Virus record (IMG/VR): IMGVR_UViG_3300037067_016777
Coordinates: 128,001-192,000 of that record
Reading direction: 5' to 3' (one strand)
DNA: 64,000 nt
From: a virus
Taxonomy: Duplodnaviria; Caudoviricetes
Below the pieces are notes generated by a model that saw nothing but the letters and a program-made list of their open reading frames with translations, was not told where the DNA came from and searched no databases. Of the stretch, positions 27,616 through 37,233 are shown piece by piece; the stretch's first letter is position 1, and every line of letters begins with the position of its first letter. A program made the position numbers and the translations under genes.

Positions 27616-30326
27616 ATTGCCACGCATTTAGTAATAGAACAGATATCACAGATGGCACTATTGTTCTAGACAATAGTGGCGATCAGTGGCAATATAATAG
27701 TAAATTGAATATATGGTCTTGTATTGGTAGCTTTCAGACTATTCCAGTTGTTACAAGCACTAATGATGGATTGATTTCTCCGGCTATTTATTCACGCATC
27801 AATGCAATATCAGAAGCAGTCGCCAATGGGCTAAAGTTTGATGCTCTTAAAATATATCCACACACATTAGGTTATTATTATTTATTTCAATCTTCGAACC
27901 ATACGATTACATTTGAACCTGAATCAGCAAACGATCTCAGGATCGAAATAAGCAGACCAAGATTGCTATCACTTTTATCACAATTGAAGTGTCCGGGAGC
28001 ACAAGGAGAAGTCGGCGAACAGGGTGCTACAGGTGATTCTGGTGTTGCTGGAAAAGCAGAAGCAAAACATATAGCTGTTGTAGAAGGCTCAACATTAACG
28101 ATTGATGCTATTGTCGGATCTACGATTGATACTCCAATATCGTTGCGTTTATTCAGAAATGACTCTTCTGAAAGCTCATTAACAATTTGGCAGCCAATCA
28201 ATGGTGATGATTTTATTATAATTTATTCAGAATTCGAACTTAGCATAGGTTCGTTTTTAAATTATGATCGTGTCGGATCTATTCTATATGGAGAGTTGAT
28301 ATCTAATGAATGGTCTAGCGACACATGGTATTACAAAGCAAACGAGATTGGACGAAAAGGAACACAAGGTGTAGATGGTTCTGGGTTCTTTGATGTTGTC
28401 GAGAATAGCTTAGTAGATGATACTCTTAATGCAACAGAAGCTATTATAACATTGCGTTATAACAATCCACAGCCAGATATCTATTTCTTTTCTGATACTT
28501 TATTTTCAAAGAATTGTGTTTCTAAACTTGCTATTTCGCATACTTGTAGCACTACTAATGTTGATGATCTTAGTACTGTTGTTGATCTCTCGCTTGCTGC
28601 TGTTAGATCAACAACGGAAACTTGCAAAAATATTACACGATTTCAATTTATAGAAAAGCAAACTACTGCACCTACACTAGAGTTCGTTGAGTGGACTCCT
28701 ATAGAAGCCTGCTGGACACAGCACCAAGCAAATCAATTTAATTGGAAGGATTTTACTCCAGCATCAATAGTTGCTTGGAGAGAAGCAAATTCAAGTACAA
28801 ATCGAGACACACGATATCCGTGGTCTATTATCGAACCGCAGTTTCCGGGGCAGAGATGTTGCCAAGAGGATTTCTTCTTTTGTTCGAATGTGAATGATGT
28901 TGCTGGTGGTTGTCCTGTTTTGCTTATCGAGCCTTTTGTTCCGCCGACAACAGAGTTATGCTGTCCGTGCGATTGTCCTAGTTATTTAGATAATAGCCTT
29001 GAGATAAACCTGCCATATAATGCAGACTCGTCTGTTGATCCGACCTGTGTAGGATTCGATTGTGTAATTGATGGTACGTTACAACATTATGATATCACAA
29101 TTAATGTCCCATCCACCAATAATGGCTCTATAACTACGAATATCACACTTAGCACAATTTTTAATTCGATTTGCGACGAAGCCAGAGCGATCAGTAGTGC
29201 ATCATGTCCGGAGTATCCAGACACAAGTACATGCCCCGTCTCATGGTCAGCAGTATGTTCAAATAGTAACGTCCCTGGTGGGAAGAAATATTCTACAATT
29301 GGTTCAGCATTAACGTTTGCATATTCTGGACCAAGCGGTGTTGCACTTGAATTTGGAATTGATATTAACTTAGCAGGCACTAGTTGCTGTTTAGGGTATT
29401 CGGTTTTAGCTTGTGCGATTGGTCCGTCAACTCGACCAACAACGACGCCAGCTCCGTCTACGACACCATCACCTACACTCGGACCAACACCAACTCCGCC
29501 GACAACAATATCGCCATATCCGACGACGACGCCAGCTCCATCTACGAGCTACACTCCGCCCATAACTACGCAAAAGCCAACAACAACGCCTGGACCAACT
29601 ACATCTGAAGCGCCTCCTGAAGTAATATGCCCAGGAAAATGCACGTGGTATTTGTCCGCTGGCGGTGGTACATGGTCTAAAGCTACCAACCCATGTACGC
29701 CAGGATGTTATTGTCCGACGCCAACCAGCAGTACACCAAGGGCACCATATGGCGGAGGATATATTGCTTATACAAGATGCAAACCCGGTAGCGGACCAGA
29801 GCCATCGCCGTCGCCATCACCAGAGCCACCAGGATCGCCATCGCCATCGCCATCACCAGCAGGAGTTTGTAGTTATACTATAACAGCGCAAATAGATTGG
29901 GCTACACAGACTGATTTCGATTTGTATGGTAAGCGTGGATCTGAAGCCGCATGCTATTTTGGTTCGCCAATCGTTGGTGGCCACCATGCATCTGGCGGAT
30001 TAACGTTAAATAACGATGTGTACCCATCATGTGATGTAGGTCCACCAGATCCGCCTGAAATAATTAGCGGCACATATGCTGTTGGACATACTTTCCAATT
30101 TTGGTATAATAGATGGAGTGAGGACGGTGCTGCGGGATGTATAGATGGTGATGTAACTTCGCAGAGCATAGTTGTACAGAACACAGGAACCGGCAATATA
30201 ACTGTTAACGGTATAAATCTAACACCAGGCAGTTTCGCGGCGTTTGGATCGTCTATAACATTCGATATGAGGCGTCATGATGTGCCTGATGGTAGTGGTA
30301 CACCTATTGTTGTAGCTTGTGCGTAG
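27612..30326 (+). CDS. Cys-rich putative virion protein with mucin-like Pro/Thr/Ser linker
   Basis: Paralogous N-terminal ~600 aa, then PTTTPAPSTTPSPT... tract and PSPSP tract. Confidence 0.75.
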   Translation: MNCHAFSNRTDITDGTIVLDNSGDQWQYNSKLNIWSCIGSFQTIPVVTSTNDGLISPAIYSRINAISEAVANGLKFDALKIYPHTLGYYYLFQSSNHTITFEPESANDLRIEISRPRLLSLLSQLKCPGAQGEVGEQGATGDSGVAGKAEAKHIAVVEGSTLTIDAIVGSTIDTPISLRLFRNDSSESSLTIWQPINGDDFIIIYSEFELSIGSFLNYDRVGSILYGELISNEWSSDTWYYKANEIGRKGTQGVDGSGFFDVVENSLVDDTLNATEAIITLRYNNPQPDIYFFSDTLFSKNCVSKLAISHTCSTTNVDDLSTVVDLSLAAVRSTTETCKNITRFQFIEKQTTAPTLEFVEWTPIEACWTQHQANQFNWKDFTPASIVAWREANSSTNRDTRYPWSIIEPQFPGQRCCQEDFFFCSNVNDVAGGCPVLLIEPFVPPTTELCCPCDCPSYLDNSLEINLPYNADSSVDPTCVGFDCVIDGTLQHYDITINVPSTNNGSITTNITLSTIFNSICDEARAISSASCPEYPDTSTCPVSWSAVCSNSNVPGGKKYSTIGSALTFAYSGPSGVALEFGIDINLAGTSCCLGYSVLACAIGPSTRPTTTPAPSTTPSPTLGPTPTPPTTISPYPTTTPAPSTSYTPPITTQKPTTTPGPTTSEAPPEVICPGKCTWYLSAGGGTWSKATNPCTPGCYCPTPTSSTPRAPYGGGYIAYTRCKPGSGPEPSPSPSPEPPGSPSPSPSPAGVCSYTITAQIDWATQTDFDLYGKRGSEAACYFGSPIVGGHHASGGLTLNNDVYPSCDVGPPDPPEIISGTYAVGHTFQFWYNRWSEDGAAGCIDGDVTSQSIVVQNTGTGNITVNGINLTPGSFAAFGSSITFDMRRHDVPDGSGTPIVVACA

Positions 30327-30337
30327 TATATAACCAC

Positions 30338-32182
30338 ATGGCTAAATTAACTATTGGTATGGCACATTACGATGATTTTGACGGAGTGTATTTCTCCGTG
30401 CAAGCTCTTCGAATGTATCACGATATGAGTGATATTGAGCTAATTGTTATTGATAATTCGCCACACACAGATGCTGGTAAGACAGTTGCTACATTTATTA
30501 ATGACACGGCATTCGCAAAATATGTAGCCTATGATGAGGTTATCGGCGCAGCGAATGCAAAAAATCGTATATTTCATGAGGCACAAAGTGATCTGGTTTT
30601 ATGTATAGATTGTCATGTTATGCTACCGCCTGGATCTATTAGACGTCTTATTAATTGGTATGATTTCAACCCGAACAATAAAGACTTATTAACAGGGCCA
30701 TTGGTTTACAATAATTTGCAAGACATTTCAACACATTTTGATTTATCTTGGCGTGGCGATATGTGGGGTATTTGGAGTAGGGCTTGGTCGTGTCGGTGCG
30801 GTAATCATTTTTCGATTTCTATCCCAGTTAATTTATTGACAGATGCTATAGTTCATGATCTGATGAATTACAATTCAGTATACACGCAATGTCCTAATTG
30901 CGGAATAGTCTATCCCAAGATCTCATATGCTGGCCACGAAGCATATTTTCATAATATTGGATGCAGACAATTAGGTCTCAATATAAACGATTCTCCTTTT
31001 GAGATACCAGCTAATGGAATGGGTCTTTTTTCTTGTCGTAAAGAGGCTTGGCTTGGATTTAACCCAGCATTTCGTGGATTTGGTGGAGAAGAAGGCTACA
31101 TCCATACCAAATATCGCCAAGCTGGCCGGCGATGCTTGAACTTACCGTTTCTTCCATGGGTTCATCGTTTCCTACGTGCGAGTTCCGTTTCTTATCCATT
31201 GAATTATTGGGATAGGGTACGCAATTATGTCATAGGACGTCAAGAGCTTCATTTATCTGTAGATGATGTCCATAATAACTATGTCGGCCATGAGAAACCG
31301 ATAGATGGAAAATCATGGGACTATCTTATTGAAGATCCAATTGCACATATTGATGCACCATGTTCAGAATGCCAGCATATAGGTTCTAATATTGATGAAG
31401 CATTCACTTGGACGGCAACGCATCCACACAATATGGGATGTCATATGCCACGTTTTCGTGAGCTTGCTTCGAAATGTGAACACATAACAGCCATGGTTAA
31501 GCAAAAAGAGTTTGATGTTGCTCTGTTAGCGGGCCACCCAAAAACTTTGCGTGTCTATACATTAGAGCCGTCGCCAATTCATAAACAATTAGCTGACTTA
31601 GTCAATGATATAGATTACAAAACTGAAAGTGTCGACTGGTTGGCATTGGATGATATTGAAGAAACAGATCTTTTAGTGATTCATTCTTTCCATCGTGCAG
31701 ATAGACTATATGCAGAGTTGTCGAAATTTGGTAAGAAAGTTCGTCGTTGGATTTTGTTGCGGTCTACTGAAGTATATGGAGAACAAGGAGAATCTTTTGG
31801 ACCTGGTTTATTCCCGGCTATGCGAATGTATATGCGCGAACATCCCGAGTGGTCAGTGATCGAGCACGATAAACGTGATTTTGGTTATACTCTGCTTAGT
31901 CGAGATCCAGCAGATAAAAAGAAGTTGCCGCCATTCACTAAAATGGTTTGGAATTACACAAAAGCGATTGCAAAACATAATCTTTCTGGTAGAAAGACGG
32001 CGAGATTAGAAACTATCGAAACTAGATTGGATAAATGTGCTCTTTGTATGTGTCGCACTCGTAATCGTTGTACAATATGTGGTTGTTTTTTGGATATAGG
32101 ACCAGGCGAAATGGATGGTAAAGCTCTATGGCCTGAATCTTTTTGCAGTTTAGGTGAATGGTTTGAAGAGGATGATCGATGA
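30338..32182 (+). CDS. Multidomain GT2-like glycosyltransferase with methyltransferase-like middle and C-terminal Cys cluster
   Basis: IVIDNS, LCIDCH, GFNPAFRGFGGEEGY; TDLLVIHSFH; RLDKCALC..RCTICGC..K......CSLGEW. Confidence 0.75.
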   Translation: MAKLTIGMAHYDDFDGVYFSVQALRMYHDMSDIELIVIDNSPHTDAGKTVATFINDTAFAKYVAYDEVIGAANAKNRIFHEAQSDLVLCIDCHVMLPPGSIRRLINWYDFNPNNKDLLTGPLVYNNLQDISTHFDLSWRGDMWGIWSRAWSCRCGNHFSISIPVNLLTDAIVHDLMNYNSVYTQCPNCGIVYPKISYAGHEAYFHNIGCRQLGLNINDSPFEIPANGMGLFSCRKEAWLGFNPAFRGFGGEEGYIHTKYRQAGRRCLNLPFLPWVHRFLRASSVSYPLNYWDRVRNYVIGRQELHLSVDDVHNNYVGHEKPIDGKSWDYLIEDPIAHIDAPCSECQHIGSNIDEAFTWTATHPHNMGCHMPRFRELASKCEHITAMVKQKEFDVALLAGHPKTLRVYTLEPSPIHKQLADLVNDIDYKTESVDWLALDDIEETDLLVIHSFHRADRLYAELSKFGKKVRRWILLRSTEVYGEQGESFGPGLFPAMRMYMREHPEWSVIEHDKRDFGYTLLSRDPADKKKLPPFTKMVWNYTKAIAKHNLSGRKTARLETIETRLDKCALCMCRTRNRCTICGCFLDIGPGEMDGKALWPESFCSLGEWFEEDDR

Positions 32183-32838
32183 TCAAATCACTTCACAATC
32201 TTTATAAAGGTGCAACAATTGCTGTTGTTGGATCGGGGCCGACAGCCACCAATTACACACAAGGTAAGGTTGATGTTTCAATAGGTGTTAATGGGGCAGC
32301 TAAATTTTGTTCGAACCCTAGAGCAGATAAGTTCGATTATTTTATGTGTGGAGATGTTAAATCATCAACATTTGATTGGTTTAACATTGTTTGCTCTAGA
32401 GTTAGAGTAATTGCAAAGTTGACTGCTGCACCAGACAAAATTCTTTATCCAGATGCGCTATTTCCAAACATTAAGCGTGATGCTGTCCCAACCGCAAAGC
32501 AAAATTCAATAATATTACCTTTACCAATTAAGCCACATCTTACTTTTATATATAAATGGTGGAAACCAGATCGGCTTAAAAATGACATGAATTATCTGAT
32601 GTTTGGTGGGACTATCAGTTGTTGTGCTGTTCAGTTAGCTTATATTATGGGAGCTGCTAAGATTGTATTATACGGTTGTAGCTTCACAAGCACAGGCAAT
32701 CACTATTTTTATTACACAAGAAGACCGGGCACTATTTCTGATAGCCAGCGTGCAGTTATGAGTATGGTTATTAGCGAAATAAAGAAACGCGGAGTCAAGA
32801 TTGAAGCTGTTGGTCACACGATGCTTGAATTAACTTAA
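32179..32838 (+). CDS. Maf/DUF115-like (sialyltransferase-like fold) protein
   Basis: IAVVGSGPT, IGVN, TISCCAVQLAYIMGAAKIVLYGC. Confidence 0.65.
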   Translation: MIKSLHNLYKGATIAVVGSGPTATNYTQGKVDVSIGVNGAAKFCSNPRADKFDYFMCGDVKSSTFDWFNIVCSRVRVIAKLTAAPDKILYPDALFPNIKRDAVPTAKQNSIILPLPIKPHLTFIYKWWKPDRLKNDMNYLMFGGTISCCAVQLAYIMGAAKIVLYGCSFTSTGNHYFYYTRRPGTISDSQRAVMSMVISEIKKRGVKIEAVGHTMLELT

Positions 32839-32855
32839 CAATAGAAAGACGAAAA

Positions 32856-34361
32856 ATGTCAACTGCTACAATTATAATGTCGGTATTGAATGAGGAATAT
32901 ACAGAAAAGACGATTGATACAATTGTAGCCAACACGACGCCTGGATTGATCGATGAATTTATTATTGTTGACGATTGTAGTAAAGTACCTGTTGTAATAG
33001 ATAGGCCGAATGTTAGAATTATACGAAATCAACTGCGGGAAGGCTTGCAACGATCGCGTAATATTGCTGCTTCTGCTGCAAAATCGCCAATTATAGTATC
33101 AATAGATGCACACGTTAAGGTTGCATCAAATTGGTTACCGCCGATTATTGCTAGATTGACAGAACGGTATAATTGTGTTGGTGTACCTCTAACTAGAGGT
33201 CTTGATGCGCCGACTTGGATGGAAACTACAGCCGCTTATGCCAAGACTGGTTGGCGTTGGAATCTTGATTTTAATTGGATTCACGACGATGGTCGCGATA
33301 TAACACCATGCTTAGCTGGCCATTGTTTTGCATTTACTAAACAATGGTGGGACGAAATCGGTGGATTTGATATTGGGATGTATAAATGGGGATGTGAAAA
33401 TATTGAATTCTCATTGCGTACTTGGCTGGCTGGCGGCTCAGTTGAGATTATTCGCGATTCGATAGTAGCGCACTGGTTCAAGAAAAATTTCAACTATGAT
33501 CTTGATACTACGACTCTCGAACAGAACAAAGCACGGATAGCTGAAGTATGGTTCAATGATTATAAGAAACTTTTTTATCAGGCCATACGCAAGAAACCTG
33601 GCGATATCAAGTTCGGCGATATATCAGAACGCACAGCTATACGAGATCGAATTCAGAAGCGACCATTTGAATGGTTTTTAGATAATTTCTTGCCGGACCT
33701 GCGTGGTATAGAAATGTTGAAAAATAAGCATGCTAATGCACGTATCGCCATATTAGGTGCTGGGCCATCTTTAGATCATGTAACTAGTGGGATATTAGAT
33801 GATTTTGATGTTGTTATTGGCGTGAATTATAATGCATTAGTATTCAGTTGCGATTATGTTATTTTCCATGATTTAAAACCAGCAGAAGCAGTAATAGATG
33901 CCAATCGTTATCTTCCAAACCAGTTACTTATTCCTAAAAAATTGAAAACTGGGGCTGGTTCTACGTTGGTTGAGCCGCCACATAAGTTTTCCGATTGTGT
34001 GACTTTTGAGCTCGGATCGCAAGATAATGATTCTTGCTTGAATAATAAAGACCAACCATTCTTTCACCATGCCTCTACCGTTCATACAGCGATACATATA
34101 GCAGCGTTCATTGGAGCGAAGTCTATAACTCTATTTGGGTGTGATGCAAGACTTGCTCCTGACGGTCGCAGCCACACTACCTTGGTTCCGCAGTATAATA
34201 AAGGTAAATACTGGCCTGACAACAAAGATACTGAAAATTATATAGCTCGAATCAACCGGGGATACGATATGCTACTTGGGCCATTAAAGAAATGGAATAT
34301 TCAATTGCTGCGTTATGAATATATGGTTAGCAGTCAAAGAGCAGCAGGGCTTCAAAGGTAA
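32856..34361 (+). CDS. Polypeptide GalNAc-transferase (GT27)-like domain fused to Maf/DUF115-like domain
   Basis: REGLQRSR, IDAH, WLPPI, TPCLAG, GGFDIGMYKWGCENIEFSLRTWLAGG, NKARIAEVW, GDISER, F.WFLDN; second domain ILGAGPSL, IGVN, STVHTAIHIAAFIGAKSITLFGCD. Confidence 0.8.
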   Translation: MSTATIIMSVLNEEYTEKTIDTIVANTTPGLIDEFIIVDDCSKVPVVIDRPNVRIIRNQLREGLQRSRNIAASAAKSPIIVSIDAHVKVASNWLPPIIARLTERYNCVGVPLTRGLDAPTWMETTAAYAKTGWRWNLDFNWIHDDGRDITPCLAGHCFAFTKQWWDEIGGFDIGMYKWGCENIEFSLRTWLAGGSVEIIRDSIVAHWFKKNFNYDLDTTTLEQNKARIAEVWFNDYKKLFYQAIRKKPGDIKFGDISERTAIRDRIQKRPFEWFLDNFLPDLRGIEMLKNKHANARIAILGAGPSLDHVTSGILDDFDVVIGVNYNALVFSCDYVIFHDLKPAEAVIDANRYLPNQLLIPKKLKTGAGSTLVEPPHKFSDCVTFELGSQDNDSCLNNKDQPFFHHASTVHTAIHIAAFIGAKSITLFGCDARLAPDGRSHTTLVPQYNKGKYWPDNKDTENYIARINRGYDMLLGPLKKWNIQLLRYEYMVSSQRAAGLQR

Positions 34362-34366
34362 TTATT

Positions 34367-34684
34367 ATGGCTGTTGTGGCGCTATTAGTTGCATTGGTGG
34401 CTCTAGCTGTCGCACTCATAGCACTCGGACTAGTTGTAATAATTTATCGAGAAGCCTTTGTTAATCGCAACTTGGAAAGACCGATTACGCAAGCTCCCAC
34501 CGGAGGAAATTCCAGAGAGCAAAGAGCTACAGCGCGAACTGCTAATGCCACCGAGCAGCCTATTTCCTCTTCATTTCTCAACGCGCCAGATATTACCCCC
34601 GAAACGCTTGCCCCATTGCTTGGACGACCACCCTTGCCTAAAGGTGGATTTGGAACAAAAGTCGTCACAAAGCGTAATAGCTGA
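34367..34684 (+). CDS. Single-pass membrane protein
   Basis: N-terminal ~25-aa hydrophobic helix followed by low-complexity tail. Confidence 0.7.
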   Translation: MAVVALLVALVALAVALIALGLVVIIYREAFVNRNLERPITQAPTGGNSREQRATARTANATEQPISSSFLNAPDITPETLAPLLGRPPLPKGGFGTKVVTKRNS

Positions 34685-34760
34685 CGAAGAGTTAGAGGAA
34701 TCAATTTTTGTATTTGGATTAGATGGATTACAGGACGACTGTATAACCAGGAGAACGGCA

Positions 34761-35831
34761 ATGAATGCAATCGGTATTGATATTGGAACTAAGAATATAG
34801 TTCTTTCTTTTCGCAATAATAAAAAATTAATATTTATTAAAGAGATTAATGGCTATTACTTAATTCCGCGTCCTAGTAAATTCATAGAAAATATGTTGGA
34901 CGATCCCAACAAGACACGCTCTGATGGGACACGCCGACCAGCAAAATGGATTCGTTTAGATGGCAAGGATGGGATTTATATTTTGGGCAAGGATGCTGAA
35001 GAATTAGCTTATGCACATAACGATACTTTATTGCGACCGATGGCAGAAGGTGGAGTCGCTCCAGACGAAGATGCATTGATGATCCTATCAAGCATTGTAC
35101 AAGGTTTGCTGTCGATGTGTGAACATGATGCTGGTGTATTCGAACCAGAGATTACATTATGCTATTGCACAACAGCAAAAGCATTGAATCATGCAATGAA
35201 TATCGACTACCATCAGCAAGTTTTGAATTTAATTATCTCTAGCTATGAGACGACATCGACAATCAAGACAACTTCTATCAAAGAATCGCATGCACTTGTC
35301 CTAAAAGAGACAGCTGATGCTACTGGTATTGGTATATCATGGGGAGCAGGAACTGTTACAGTTAGTTATGTTTTGTGGGGTAATGAGATTTATTCGTTTA
35401 GTTGGGTTGGTGCTGGCGATTGGATTGACTCAGAAGTTGCTAAACGACATGGATATGATCCAGATGCACCTCGTAAGAAATCAGCAGAAACACCAACAAC
35501 CGTTTGTCGCACAAAAGAAACGATTGATTTGACACATAGTTATACATCGCGGCTTGAATTAGACATTATATTGCATTATCGCATTCTTATTCAAAATGTG
35601 ATTCGTGGAATTGTTCAAGGTTTTATCGATAACGAAACAAACGCGCGTATTGATAAACCGATCGATGTATTTATGGCTGGTGGGACGTCAAGTCCGTCTG
35701 GATTTGAGGAAATGGTCGCCGAATTATTCCAAGAAGAGAAGATGCCGTTTGCTATCAACAAAATAAAACGATGTAAAGATCCGCTATTTGCTGTTAGCGA
35801 AGGGTGTCTTATCGCAGCAGAAACATCTTAA
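34761..35831 (+). CDS. Actin-like ATPase (MreB/ParM/FtsA superfamily)
   Basis: IGIDIGTKN (phosphate 1), LRPM..G, ES.A, GISWGAGT (phosphate 2), AGDWID, MAGGTS (adenosine); AGGAG RBS. Confidence 0.85.
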   Translation: MNAIGIDIGTKNIVLSFRNNKKLIFIKEINGYYLIPRPSKFIENMLDDPNKTRSDGTRRPAKWIRLDGKDGIYILGKDAEELAYAHNDTLLRPMAEGGVAPDEDALMILSSIVQGLLSMCEHDAGVFEPEITLCYCTTAKALNHAMNIDYHQQVLNLIISSYETTSTIKTTSIKESHALVLKETADATGIGISWGAGTVTVSYVLWGNEIYSFSWVGAGDWIDSEVAKRHGYDPDAPRKKSAETPTTVCRTKETIDLTHSYTSRLELDIILHYRILIQNVIRGIVQGFIDNETNARIDKPIDVFMAGGTSSPSGFEEMVAELFQEEKMPFAINKIKRCKDPLFAVSEGCLIAAETS

Positions 35832-35835
35832 AAAT

Positions 35836-37233
35836 ATGCAAGTCGACGCTAGTCAATATTCCGGTCCCAAAGAATTTGCGCATTTACATGTGCATTCTCT
35901 GTTTAGCTCTTTAGATGGCGTTCCTTCTGCAGAGCAATATGCTGATGCATGTTTGAAATCTGGTTTTCCGGCTATGGCCGCTACAGAGCATGGCCATATG
36001 GCGTCGTTTCCCGATATGTATTTTGCTTTCAAGAAACGAGGCTTAAAATATGTCGCCGGATCAGAAGTATACTATAATGATTATGAAGAGCTACGTAGAA
36101 AATTCGATGGAGTTGGCAAGAAACCGAAATCTTTACCAGAGTCTTTGCAATTTCGTATCACACGTAATCGCCACCTTACTATCCTGGCAAAAAACGCTAT
36201 TGGTGTTTCCAATTTAATAAAATTGACGACTTTGGCGTGGGAAGACGCTTATGGTGGTAAACCGCGTATTTGGTTTGAGAAGCTGTGCGAACGTAAAGAG
36301 GGTTTAATAGTCTTATCTGGCTGTATAAATGGCCCATTAGCATATGAATTGCGATTAGATATTGAATCCAATATTCAAAAAGGTAAACCGTGCTCGCGTA
36401 GTAAAGCCGATAGAACGGCATTGGAATATCTGAAGAAATTCAAGGATGTGTTTGGTGAGGACTTCTTTATAGAAGTGCAGATGCCATGTATCCCCGAATT
36501 GCATGACGTAGAGGTATTCCGCAGTTTAATTGAATATGCTGATGGGTGTGGTGTCAAAGCAGCAGTCACCAACGATAGCCACTACCTGACACGTGACGAT
36601 GCATATCTTCAAAAGATTATGATGGCGGTCGATCAAAAGACCAATATTTATGATAAAAACATGTTCGCATCGCAGGGCGACGAGCAATTTTTTAAAACGA
36701 GGGCTGAGCTTTGGGCAACATTCAAGAATGGTGGTTATTCAGATGGTATAGATGACGCTAAATTTGAGGAGATATGCGATAATACGTTACTGATAGCAGA
36801 GCGATGCGACAAGCTTGCACCAGATACATCTCCTAAAATCCCAAATTGGTCTACTATAGAGCCAGGCACAAATGCAAATGATGCATTGCGCAAAATAGTA
36901 GACCAACAACTCCAATTGCGTAGCTGGGATAAGAGTACTGAAAGATTTCCTTGTGATGGGCGAGATGTTACATATGCAGAACAAGCAGAGATAGAGCTGA
37001 ATAGGTTTATTGATAAAGGCTTCTCCAGTTACTTCTTAATCACTAGAGACTGGATACAATGGGGTAAAAAGCAAGGATGGATTTTCGGACCACGCGGTTC
37101 GGCTGCTGGTTCACTCGTATGTTATCTGTTGGGGATTCATAATATCAATAGCCTTAAATGGAAATTGAGTTTTGATCGTTTCTTAGCTAGTTCGCGTGGT
37201 GGTTATCTTTTAAAGGTTAAAGTTGATGGATGA
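35836..37233 (+). CDS. dnaE: DNA polymerase III alpha, N-terminal part (PHP domain plus start of palm)
   Basis: HLHVHSLFSSLDG, TEHG, HLTILAKN..G..NL, TNDSHY, GF.SYFLI, GPRGSAAGSLVCYLLGI, LSFDRFL; ends before PDIDID. Confidence 0.9.
   Translation: MQVDASQYSGPKEFAHLHVHSLFSSLDGVPSAEQYADACLKSGFPAMAATEHGHMASFPDMYFAFKKRGLKYVAGSEVYYNDYEELRRKFDGVGKKPKSLPESLQFRITRNRHLTILAKNAIGVSNLIKLTTLAWEDAYGGKPRIWFEKLCERKEGLIVLSGCINGPLAYELRLDIESNIQKGKPCSRSKADRTALEYLKKFKDVFGEDFFIEVQMPCIPELHDVEVFRSLIEYADGCGVKAAVTNDSHYLTRDDAYLQKIMMAVDQKTNIYDKNMFASQGDEQFFKTRAELWATFKNGGYSDGIDDAKFEEICDNTLLIAERCDKLAPDTSPKIPNWSTIEPGTNANDALRKIVDQQLQLRSWDKSTERFPCDGRDVTYAEQAEIELNRFIDKGFSSYFLITRDWIQWGKKQGWIFGPRGSAAGSLVCYLLGIHNINSLKWKLSFDRFLASSRGGYLLKVKVDG

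Noticed and set aside
34458-34760. N-terminal extension of the actin-like ORF in the track (similar extensions at 12146, 13195, 35788, 57918)
   Set aside because: The extensions overlap neighbouring genes; downstream ATGs, several with a clear RBS, match the domain starts.
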